Shown here one piece after another: positions 1 through 7,253 of a stretch of 32,000 bases of DNA. The position numbers and the translations under genes were made by a program. Every line of letters begins with the position of its first letter. Position 1 is the stretch's first letter. Source of the DNA: Bdellovibrionales bacterium (lineage in GTDB: Bacteria; Bdellovibrionota; Bdellovibrionia; Bdellovibrionales; UBA1609); the NCBI GenBank assembly GCA_963692945.1, contig OY843585.1:570001-602000 (forward strand), in the 5' to 3' direction. The notes beneath the pieces were generated by a model. That model was not told the origin of the DNA, searched no databases, and was given only the letters and a program-made list of their open reading frames with translations.

Positions 1-64
1 AATAAAATTTTGACTTTACTAATAAATGCTAATAACCTCAAAACTTCTAAAAATCGGTGTTTTT

Positions 65-1354
65 ATGAAAAATAATCCTTTCAATCCAAATTCAGTAGTT
101 CAACCTCGATTATTTGCTGGACGTGACAGCCAAATACTCCATGTTGTTCGGAAAATGGCTCAAGTTCAAGATAAGATGCCCTCAAGTTTTGTGATTTCTG
201 GAGAACGAGGTATTGGAAAAACGGCTCTAGCTAAACTTATAATGTTTATTTCTCAGCAAAAAAATAAAAATCTTGAAAACTTAAATTTTTTAACAACCTA
301 TTATGCTGTAGAAAAAGATCAACCCTTTCATTCTGTTCTTCAATCTTCTCTTAATTTATTAACAGATCAACTCCCTAAGCCAGCTATAGATAGGCTTAAT
401 TCTCATTTAGGTAGTTTTTTTAAAGAAGGTAAATTTTCACTTGGTGCCTTTGGCGTTAAAATGGAAATTGATAAGACTTCAAAAAAATCTTTAGAAGATA
501 ATATGTATCTTAAGGATCAAGCTATATCCATACTTACAAATATCCTTAAAGGAATAGAAGAAGATAAAACAAATAATACTTCTTCAGATGGAATTCTTAT
601 TATCTTAGATGAAATTCATAATGTTAAAAATATTGATGGTGTTGCTCAAATTTTAAGAAGTGTCATAACTACTTTAGATATGAATGGACATGGAAATATT
701 GCTTTTTTAATTATTAGTTATCCTGAAGCAGTTAAGAAATTTTTTAAAGGTGATCCTTCTGCTAAAAGAAGTTTTGATATGTTGCCTTTAGGAATAATGC
801 CAGATAATGAGACAGAAAAAATATTAACCAAAGGATTTGATCAATCTGGAATCAAATATGATAAATTACTTATTAGCAATAATATAAATAAAGCAGGTGG
901 ATACCCCCATTCCATTCAAGTTTTAGGACATAATCTAGTTGAAGTTGATAGTGACAACTATATTGATCAAGAGGATTGGACAAAGTCTATACAGAAAACA
1001 GCTTTGGAACTTCAACATAAAGACTTTTCAAATCTCTATAGTTTTAATGGAAAAATTAGACAAAGAGACGAGTTACTAAATATTTTAGCTCTAATGCCAA
1101 AACCTGTATTAAAATCTGATTTAGCAAAGGAGTTTAATAAAGAAAAGAAAAATATATATGCAAATTCCTGTCTTCCTGAATTAAAAAATGCAGGAGCTGT
1201 GAGAGAAGATCCAGAAACAGGGCTGCTTTCTTTACAATCTTACCTATTTAAATCAGCTATTAGCCTACATATAGCCTCTCAATCGGAAGAGAAAAAATTA
1301 AAATCAAAATGGTATCTTGTGTATCAAAAATTATCAGAAGCAAAAGAGATATAG
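65..1354 (+). CDS. AAA-type ATPase (Arch_ATPase/AAA_16- or Orc1/Cdc6-like) with C-terminal winged-helix-like tail
   Basis: ORF 26..1354. N-terminal 'NPFNP...PRLFAGRD' is followed by Walker A 'SGERGIGKTALAKL' and Walker B-like 'GILIILDEIHN'. The last ~90 aa ('ELLNILALMPKPVLKSDLAKEF...') look like a wHTH. The start is ambiguous (ATG 26 or ATG 65 'MKNNPFNP'); neither has a clear SD. Confidence 0.6.
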   Translation: MKNNPFNPNSVVQPRLFAGRDSQILHVVRKMAQVQDKMPSSFVISGERGIGKTALAKLIMFISQQKNKNLENLNFLTTYYAVEKDQPFHSVLQSSLNLLTDQLPKPAIDRLNSHLGSFFKEGKFSLGAFGVKMEIDKTSKKSLEDNMYLKDQAISILTNILKGIEEDKTNNTSSDGILIILDEIHNVKNIDGVAQILRSVITTLDMNGHGNIAFLIISYPEAVKKFFKGDPSAKRSFDMLPLGIMPDNETEKILTKGFDQSGIKYDKLLISNNINKAGGYPHSIQVLGHNLVEVDSDNYIDQEDWTKSIQKTALELQHKDFSNLYSFNGKIRQRDELLNILALMPKPVLKSDLAKEFNKEKKNIYANSCLPELKNAGAVREDPETGLLSLQSYLFKSAISLHIASQSEEKKLKSKWYLVYQKLSEAKEI

Positions 1355-1512
1355 TAGATTTGGTGCAAAATTAATCATCCCTTTTATTGCTAATGCAGAC
1401 AATCTTCCACTTGCTTTAATATTAAAAGCATAGTGAGGAGGTTTTCGCAAATGGTATTTTTATCTATAGAAAAAACTTCAAGTCCTAGTTCGTGGTTACC
1501 GATAGAGAAAAT

Positions 1513-2379
1513 ATGAAACTCTTTACTTTCTTAATCTTTTTATTTTTACTTACACCATTTCATGAAAGCGAGGCATTTCATAATAAAAAAACTCCCTATA
1601 AAAAAATATGTGATAGTCCATGCACTAAAAAGGATTTAAAAGGAAAGGACTTTAAACATGCTGATCTTGAAATGGCTAATCTTCCTAAAGCGAATCTTTC
1701 AGGTGTCAATTTTACAAATGCAAATTTTTTTAAAGCGAAACTTCCAGGGGCTAAACTGAAGGAGGCTAATCTTCATGGTGCTAATGGTAGAAAATCTGAT
1801 TTTTCAGGAGCTGATCTTGAAAAAGCTAGTCTTTATGGAGCAAATTTTTCAGGATCTAATTTTGAAAATGCAAATTTTTTTAAAGCGAATTTGGAAAAGG
1901 CTAGTCTTTTTTGGACTAATTTTAAGGGAACCAATTTTCAAGGAGCTAATCTTCAAGGAGCTAATCTTTTTTGGACTATTTCATCAAAAGAAACTGATTT
2001 TTCAGGTGCTAATCTTGAAAAAGCTAGTCTTTACGAATCTCAATTTTCAGGGGCTCATTTTGAGGGAGCTAACTTAAAAAACGCTAGCCTTCGATTGTCT
2101 AGATTCCAAGGATCTAACTTTAAAGGGGCTAATCTTCAAGGAGCTAACTTAAAACGGGCTAATGTTCAAGGGGCTAATTTTCAAGGAGCTAATCTTCAAG
2201 GAACTAACCTTCAACGGGTTAATTTTAAGAAAGCGGATTTTTCCAAAGCCACCTACGATCAATGTACTAAACTTCCTTTTTCAGAAGAAGTTGCGAAGCA
2301 AAAAGGTATGATTAAAAAAATAAAGAAATCACGTTGTCCAGTCACTTCAAGTTATAAATCACTAAAGATTTTCTCTTAA
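1513..2379 (+). CDS. Pentapeptide-repeat protein with N-terminal Sec-type signal peptide
   Basis: ORF 1492..2379 (GTG). The in-frame ATG at 1513 gives 'MKLFTFLIFLFLLTPFHESEA', which looks like a signal peptide. About 40 consecutive A(N/D)LxX pentapeptides follow ('ANLSGVNFTNANFFKAKLPGAKLKEANLHGANG...GANLQGANLKRANVQGANFQGANLQGTNLQRVNF'). Confidence 0.85.
   Translation: MKLFTFLIFLFLLTPFHESEAFHNKKTPYKKICDSPCTKKDLKGKDFKHADLEMANLPKANLSGVNFTNANFFKAKLPGAKLKEANLHGANGRKSDFSGADLEKASLYGANFSGSNFENANFFKANLEKASLFWTNFKGTNFQGANLQGANLFWTISSKETDFSGANLEKASLYESQFSGAHFEGANLKNASLRLSRFQGSNFKGANLQGANLKRANVQGANFQGANLQGTNLQRVNFKKADFSKATYDQCTKLPFSEEVAKQKGMIKKIKKSRCPVTSSYKSLKIFS
1660..2235 (+). repeat. Coding low-complexity repeat (15-bp periodic pentapeptide-repeat DNA)
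   Basis: Reiterated 'gg(a/g)gctaa(t/c)cttcaagg' and 'gcaaatttttttaaagcgaa' units. The periodicity also keeps a second reading frame open (ORF 1775..2077). Confidence 0.7.
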
Positions 2380-2472
2380 ATCTAATAAAAAGTTTCTAAA
2401 AAAATAAACTTTTTTAAATTCATGTCATAGATTGGTTGCTCATTACTAATCTATAATCTATAAATAGGAATT

Positions 2473-3225
2473 ATGACATTTTTTATCACAGTTATTTTTG
2501 CCTTTACTGTTCTAGGTTCTTGTTTGTTCGTTGCTTTTTTTGGCAAAAAATGGAATTTAGACGCTTTAGTTGCCTTTAGTTCAGGTGGGCTTTTAGTGAT
2601 TTGTTTTTTAGACTTTATGTCTCATAGTTTTGAGGATTTAAATCATAGTGAAATGGCAACTCTTCTTATTTTATCAGGTGTTTTATTACAAGGTTTTTTT
2701 GATATTTATATTGTCCCACGATTAAAATTTTTAGATAGGCTTGTAGAAAAAACACATTCTCATTCTGTAGAAAACTCCCAACATCATCACACTCACATTT
2801 TATCAGCATCAACGGTTTGCTCAACAGTGGGGTGTTTAACAGTTTGTTCTTTTTTTGATGGGATTCGTCTCTTTGCAGGCTTAAGTTTGGAGGGCTATGC
2901 CGCTGTTGTTACAAGTGTAGGTTTATTTTTCCACTTATTATCTGAGGGAGTTTTAGTTGCTATTCTTGGTATCGGTTCAAATATAAAAACAAAAATCATT
3001 CTTCTATTAACTTCTTGTATCTCTGTAACTTTAATTTTAGGAGCCTATTTTGCAAAAAACTTTGCTGAATATTTTAATTTTCATTATTTGATTGCTTTGG
3101 CTACAGGGATGTTACTCTATATTTGTTTTATTCATTTAATTCCTTTTTCTATAAAAGGAAAAAGTAAGCACTGGTTTTTTGTTGGCTTGATTGTCTTTAT
3201 AGGTCTTCATTACTTATTTCACTAG
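2473..3225 (+). CDS. ZIP-family divalent metal (zinc) transporter, ZupT-like
   Basis: About 8 hydrophobic segments. His-rich loop 'HSHSVENSQHHHTH'. ZIP-type 'FFHLLSEGVLVAILG' (HxxxEG) motif. 'agga' lies 5 nt before the ATG. Confidence 0.75.
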   Translation: MTFFITVIFAFTVLGSCLFVAFFGKKWNLDALVAFSSGGLLVICFLDFMSHSFEDLNHSEMATLLILSGVLLQGFFDIYIVPRLKFLDRLVEKTHSHSVENSQHHHTHILSASTVCSTVGCLTVCSFFDGIRLFAGLSLEGYAAVVTSVGLFFHLLSEGVLVAILGIGSNIKTKIILLLTSCISVTLILGAYFAKNFAEYFNFHYLIALATGMLLYICFIHLIPFSIKGKSKHWFFVGLIVFIGLHYLFH

Positions 3226-3246
3226 AGTTTTGAACTAGAGTGAGGT

Positions 3247-4812
3247 TTATTTCTCTTTTAGATTCTTTTCTACTTGTAAAAAAGCACTTTCTAATGAAGC
3301 CCCTTTTGATAAAGCCCATCCTATTGATGCTGAAGTGGCTTGAGCTTCTTTTGTTCTTTTTTGATCAAGACGATTCTCTGCTTCTGTTGTGCTGATATTT
3401 TCCTTTTGTAAAGATTCTAATGAAGCCCCTTTTGATAAAGCCCATCCTATTGATGCTGAAATGGCTTGAGCTTCTTCTATTCTGTTTTGAGCCAGACGAT
3501 TCGCCGCTTCTGCTGTGCTGATATTTTCCTTATCAGAAATTTTAAAAATATGCATAAGTGTATTATAAATTTCTTTATTTTTTTCTGTGATATAGAGTCT
3601 TTTTTCTTTTAGTGTTTTAATGTTTAGGTTCAATTCTGAAGATACGCTGATTAAACCTCCAGCATTGATTATATAATCAGGAGCATAAAGAATCCCCTTC
3701 TCTTTTAAAGCATTTCCAAGGCTTGAATCTTCCAATTGGTTGTTAGCAGAGCCTGCTATAATTTTACACTGGAAATTTTTAATGGTTTTTGAATTTACCA
3801 CAGCCCCTAAAGCACAAGGGACAAGAACATCACATGCTCCCTTAAGAATTTGGTTATTGCTTTTTACTTTCACTCCAAATTTTTGAGACAAGCATTTTGT
3901 TTTTTTTGGGTCAATATCGCTAATACTCACCTTGGCTCCAGCTTTTTGTAAATCACTCACAAGTTGGCTTCCTACATTCCCCACACCTTGGATAGAAACT
4001 TTTAATCCATTTAAATTGTCTTTGTTTAAGTGATATTTTACAGCAGCGTTAATTCCATGCATAACCCCTTGTGCTGTATAGAAAGAAGGATCATCTTCTT
4101 TTTTTTCAGAAAATCCAACAACATAACCTTTTGCTTTTTCATGAATAGTTGCTATATCTTTTGTTTCCATACCTACATCTATAGCTGTTATAAAATAAGG
4201 GTCGTCTTTGTTTTTTTGTGCTTCTTTATTTAATATTTTTAAGTAGGTGCTATAAGTATGAAGGAGTTCTTTTGTTTTATCTGTTTTTGCAGATCCAAAA
4301 ATAACAGACTTTCCTCCTCCAAAGTTTAAACCTGACAGAGCCGATTTATAACTCATACCTTCAGACAGACGTAAGACATCAATAAGACCTTCTTTTTCAG
4401 TTTCATATTCCCACATTCTTGTCCCACCAAGAGCCCATCCTGCATTCCCTAAAGCAGTATTGTGGATTCCTATTATGGCTTTAAGGCCAGAAGAGGGGTC
4501 ATTGATAAAATGCAGGGACTCATGACCATATTTTTTTAAAACATCAAAAATATAAGATTTGTTAAAAGGATTATCTTTATTTAATATTTTAACGAAATAG
4601 GGAATGGGATCTTCATTTCGTTTTATAGCATAAACCAAAGGGGATTTTATAAATTTTTCTTTATTCAAGAATCGGATATAATTAACGTCCGACTTTTCCA
4701 TTTGATGAAAGACTTCTTGTTCAGGAGAAGATGCAAAAATATTTTTACAGTCTGAAGAAAATGTTTTTAAGCTAAAAAGAAAAGGAATTAGAAGAAGTGT
4801 GTTTTTTCTCAT
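3247..4812 (-). CDS. Glu/Leu/Phe/Val dehydrogenase-family protein (leucine-dehydrogenase-like) with N-terminal signal peptide and duplicated C-terminus
   Basis: 'SSGLKAIIGIHNTALG...GGTRMW.Y' and the catalytic-Lys motif 'LNFGGGKSVIFG'. Rossmann 'IQGVGNVGSQLVSDLQKAGAKVSISDID'. About 90-aa N-terminal extension starting 'MRKNTLLLIPFLFSLKTFSS'. GGAG lies 9-12 nt upstream of ATG 4812. Confidence 0.8.
   Translation of the reverse strand: MRKNTLLLIPFLFSLKTFSSDCKNIFASSPEQEVFHQMEKSDVNYIRFLNKEKFIKSPLVYAIKRNEDPIPYFVKILNKDNPFNKSYIFDVLKKYGHESLHFINDPSSGLKAIIGIHNTALGNAGWALGGTRMWEYETEKEGLIDVLRLSEGMSYKSALSGLNFGGGKSVIFGSAKTDKTKELLHTYSTYLKILNKEAQKNKDDPYFITAIDVGMETKDIATIHEKAKGYVVGFSEKKEDDPSFYTAQGVMHGINAAVKYHLNKDNLNGLKVSIQGVGNVGSQLVSDLQKAGAKVSISDIDPKKTKCLSQKFGVKVKSNNQILKGACDVLVPCALGAVVNSKTIKNFQCKIIAGSANNQLEDSSLGNALKEKGILYAPDYIINAGGLISVSSELNLNIKTLKEKRLYITEKNKEIYNTLMHIFKISDKENISTAEAANRLAQNRIEEAQAISASIGWALSKGASLESLQKENISTTEAENRLDQKRTKEAQATSASIGWALSKGASLESAFLQVEKNLKEK
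3291..3542. repeat. Tandem 126-bp (42-codon) direct duplication inside the 3' end of the dehydrogenase gene
   Basis: 3291..3416 and 3417..~3542 both start 'ctaatgaagccccttttgataaagcccatcctattgatgctgaa'. The first 44 nt are identical and scattered substitutions follow. Protein: 'ENISTAEAANRLAQNRIEEAQAISASIGWALSKGASLES' / 'ENISTTEAENRLDQKRTKEAQATSASIGWALSKGASLES'. Confidence 0.9.
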
Positions 4813-5010
4813 AAATAGTCTCCTATTGAATCAATATATACTTACTTAACAATGAGGGAGTTATAAAAGTCAATAGTAATAAAAGGGTCATTTTAATAGA
4901 AAACTTATTTTTTTAATCTTTCTTTTTTCTTAACACAATCTTGAAATTGGATTTTAGTTGGTAGATAGCTTATATATGTAGGTTAAATATAAGACCTACA
5001 ATATTTTTTC

Positions 5011-5203
5011 AAAACTCTAGTTCAATTCTAATATTTCCAACTCTTACTTTAACGAGCTTTTCATCGCAAAAGGGACGCTCTTCAAATCTCGTTAAAGTAA
5101 GAGTTACTTAACATGTTTATTGGGTGAACTAGAGAAAACCTGCTGGTTTTCGCAAAATAGAGTTTTGTTATCTGAACTAGAGACAAACTTCTGTTTTTCG
5201 CAT
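5011..5203 (+). repeat. Intergenic hairpin repeat element, copy 1 (REP/MITE-like), plus a second tandem copy of its tail
   Basis: Head 'aaaactctagttca' at 5011..5024. Perfect 18-bp inverted repeat 5039..5056 'aactcttactttaacgag' / 5088..5105 'ctcgttaaagtaagagtt'. Tail 'tgaactagagaaaacctgctggttttcgca' from 5125, whose first 10 nt are the reverse complement of the head core 'ctctagttca'. The tail repeats at 5173..5203. A related copy lies at 30804..30931. Confidence 0.75.
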
Positions 5204-5227
5204 GAGTGAGGTAGAGTGAAAACAAAA

Positions 5228-6049
5228 CTACTCATCCCATTTAGGAGCAAAAGGAGGATTTACAATTCTTTGTTTTTGGTTTGTTAAACGAAAAATTTTA
5301 TCTTGATCTTCTTTTTCTAATTGAAAATTAAAAATATTAAAATTTTCTTTGATATGGTTTTCGTTTTTAGATTTAAAGAGAGGTAGAACATTTTTTTGTT
5401 CTATAAGCCATCTCAAAGTGATTTGAGAAGGAGTTTTATTGTATTTTTTAGCAATATGATTTATCTGCTGGCTTTTAAAAATCAATCCTCTAGCGAGTGA
5501 AGAGTAAGCTGTTAGAAACATCTGATGTTCTTGTATAACTTTAAGTGATTTGCTTTGTGATAAAAAAGGATGATATTCTACTTGGTTGTTGATTAAAGAA
5601 GGACAGATATTTTTTGCTTTTAAAAGTAGTTCAGAAGGAAAATTGCTGACACCAATATAGAGAGTTTTCTTTTCTCTTACAAGATTCTCAAGAGCTTCTA
5701 AACTTTCTTCTAGAGAAAATTCAGGATTAGGCCAATGAATGAGTAGTAAATCTATGTAATCTACCTTTAGTTTATTGAGACTTTTTTGTGTTTCTTTTTG
5801 AATTTGTTCAGGAGATAAATAATCTTTCCAAATTTTTGTTGTTAGAAAAATCTCTTCACGAGGAACTGAAGATTTTTGTAAAGCGGATCCAACTTCTTCT
5901 TCATTGGAGTAAATAGAGGCTGTATCAATATGACGATAGCCTACTTCTAGAGCTTTTCCAATAGAGAAAAGAGCTTCTTCTTTTTCTAACATCCAAGTTC
6001 CAAAACCAAGTTTAGGAATTTTTATATCTTTATAAGTCCAGTATTCCAT
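5228..6049 (-). CDS. Aldo/keto reductase (2,5-diketo-D-gluconate reductase / YtbE-like)
   Basis: 'LGFGTW', 'GYRHIDTASIYSNEEEVG', 'DYIDLLLIHWP', 'IGVSNF', 'NQVEYHP'. The 273-aa length is typical for this family. Confidence 0.85.
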   Translation of the reverse strand: MEYWTYKDIKIPKLGFGTWMLEKEEALFSIGKALEVGYRHIDTASIYSNEEEVGSALQKSSVPREEIFLTTKIWKDYLSPEQIQKETQKSLNKLKVDYIDLLLIHWPNPEFSLEESLEALENLVREKKTLYIGVSNFPSELLLKAKNICPSLINNQVEYHPFLSQSKSLKVIQEHQMFLTAYSSLARGLIFKSQQINHIAKKYNKTPSQITLRWLIEQKNVLPLFKSKNENHIKENFNIFNFQLEKEDQDKIFRLTNQKQRIVNPPFAPKWDE

Positions 6050-6147
6050 AGTTTTTTAAAAGAGATCCTTTTTTTTATAATAGTTTCCTATTTTTTTTTA
6101 GCAGTCACTTCCTATTCCATAAAATTCACAATTTCATACACAATCTT

Positions 6148-7089
6148 TTACTTTATAATTTCTTTTTCTGTAATGATTCCTGTAATGAGAGAAAAAGGAG
6201 TGATATCAAAAGAGGAATTATAGATAGAAGCCTTTTCAGACCAAAAGGGAGAGACTTCTTGAGGGTTTCTTTGTTCAATGGGAATGTCTGTTCCACTGTT
6301 GGTGTTTTTATCAAAGGTAGAAGAGGGAGCAACAACATAAAAAGGAATCTTAAAGTGATGAGCAATAATGGCTAGATTTAAAGTTCCTATTTTATTGGCA
6401 ACATCATAGTTAGAACTAATGCGGTCAGCACCCACTAAAATTTTGTGTATTTTAGATTGAGCCATTAAACTTGCAACCATATTGTCACAAAGTAAAGTAG
6501 AGGGTATTTGATTCTTTTGAAGTTCTAAAAAAGTGAGTCGTGAACCTTGATTCACAGGGCGAGTTTCGCAAGCATAAACATAAATATTTTTTTGGTTTTT
6601 ATGAGATTGCTTGATAACTCCAAGAGCTGTCCCTATACCTCCTGTCGCAAAAGAACCAGTGTTGCAATAAGTAAGTATATGGTCTTTTTGTTCAATTATA
6701 GATTGTCCGATTTGAGCCATTTGTTCACAAGCGAGTTTGTCTTCTTCATAGATATTCATAGCTTCTTCAATTTGTTTTTCCTTTGAGTTTTGACTCATAA
6801 CTCGGGATACAGCCGACTCCAAATGCACAGCTGTCGGTCTTGCTTTTTTCAATAGGTCAGACTGTTTTTTCAAAGTGTTTTTATCTATTCCTTTTAGTAG
6901 GGCTTGAGCTAAACTAAGAGCTGCTGTAATTCCAATAAGATTGGCTCCCCTCACTTTTAAATTTTTTATCGCTTCAGCCATATCTATGGGGTTGTTTATA
7001 GGAATCCAAATTTCTTTTTCAGGAAGAAGAGTTTGATCTAAAATTAAAAATTTTTTATTTGGAACATATTTAAAAGCAAGAGTTTCCAT
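6148..7089 (-). CDS. mtnA: S-methyl-5-thioribose-1-phosphate isomerase
   Basis: 'VRGANLIGITAA', 'YCNTGSFATGGIGTALGVI', 'ETRPVNQGSRLTFLEL', 'VGADRISSNYDVANKIGTLNLAIIAHHFKIPFYVVAPSSTFD'. The tracked ORF starts at TTG 7125. I prefer ATG 7089 ('METLAFKY'). Confidence 0.85.
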   Translation of the reverse strand: METLAFKYVPNKKFLILDQTLLPEKEIWIPINNPIDMAEAIKNLKVRGANLIGITAALSLAQALLKGIDKNTLKKQSDLLKKARPTAVHLESAVSRVMSQNSKEKQIEEAMNIYEEDKLACEQMAQIGQSIIEQKDHILTYCNTGSFATGGIGTALGVIKQSHKNQKNIYVYACETRPVNQGSRLTFLELQKNQIPSTLLCDNMVASLMAQSKIHKILVGADRISSNYDVANKIGTLNLAIIAHHFKIPFYVVAPSSTFDKNTNSGTDIPIEQRNPQEVSPFWSEKASIYNSSFDITPFSLITGIITEKEIIK

Positions 7090-7159
7090 TGGTGTTTTTA
7101 TATTGGAATTTTTAAAAGTTAGCAAGAGATATTGTAGCTCTTATTGAATTTTTTAAATG

Positions 7160-7219
7160 TTAGAAATAGGTATTAAAATTTAGAAAGACATATTAAATCT
7201 TAGAAAAATATAGGAATTG
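7160..7219. promoter_or_regulatory. Three direct 20-bp phased repeats (TTAGAAA-N13) in the mtnA / phosphorylase divergent intergenic region
   Basis: 'ttagaaataggtattaaaat' (7160), 'ttagaaagacatattaaatc' (7180), 'ttagaaaaatataggaattg' (7200). The spacing is exactly 20 bp. They lie 35-94 bp upstream of ATG 7254. Confidence 0.35.
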
Positions 7220-7253
7220 CTTTTTTATAATTTTGAAAGTATAAAATAAAAAA

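Noticed and set aside
1775-2077. 100-aa ORF in an alternative + frame inside the pentapeptide-repeat gene
   Set aside because: It is fully nested in a gene with strong family motifs. The 15-bp periodic repeat DNA keeps a second frame open, and its product is a low-complexity echo (ILKK/LIFQ).
2387-2415. 9-bp A/T-only inverted repeat 'aaaaagttt'/'aaacttttt' after the pentapeptide gene, considered as a terminator
   Set aside because: The stem is entirely A/T and would be very weak. It is plausible but not supportable from sequence alone.
4030-4233. 67-aa + strand ORF antisense to the dehydrogenase gene, and similar shadow ORFs at 6153..6365, 6547..6786, 13052..13243, 13889..14140, 29242..29436, 29811..29996 and 29997..30209
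   Set aside because: All are nested within or antisense to CDSs with clear conserved motifs. None has an SD. Their composition (F/L/I/K-rich) is typical of chance ORFs in AT-rich DNA.
4978-5010. Small hairpin 'gtaggt-taaatataag-acctac' followed by a T-run, considered as a + strand terminator or sRNA 3' end
   Set aside because: The stem is only 6 bp, and no + strand gene or promoter evidence lies upstream. The T-run belongs to the head of the adjacent repeat element.
5011-5155. Hairpin elements considered as integron attC sites or as canonical rho-independent terminators
   Set aside because: There is no integron integrase and no GTTRRRY-type core sites, and the flanking genes are housekeeping rather than cassettes. 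The stems are not followed by a U-run in the orientation of the upstream genes, so they are not classic intrinsic terminators.
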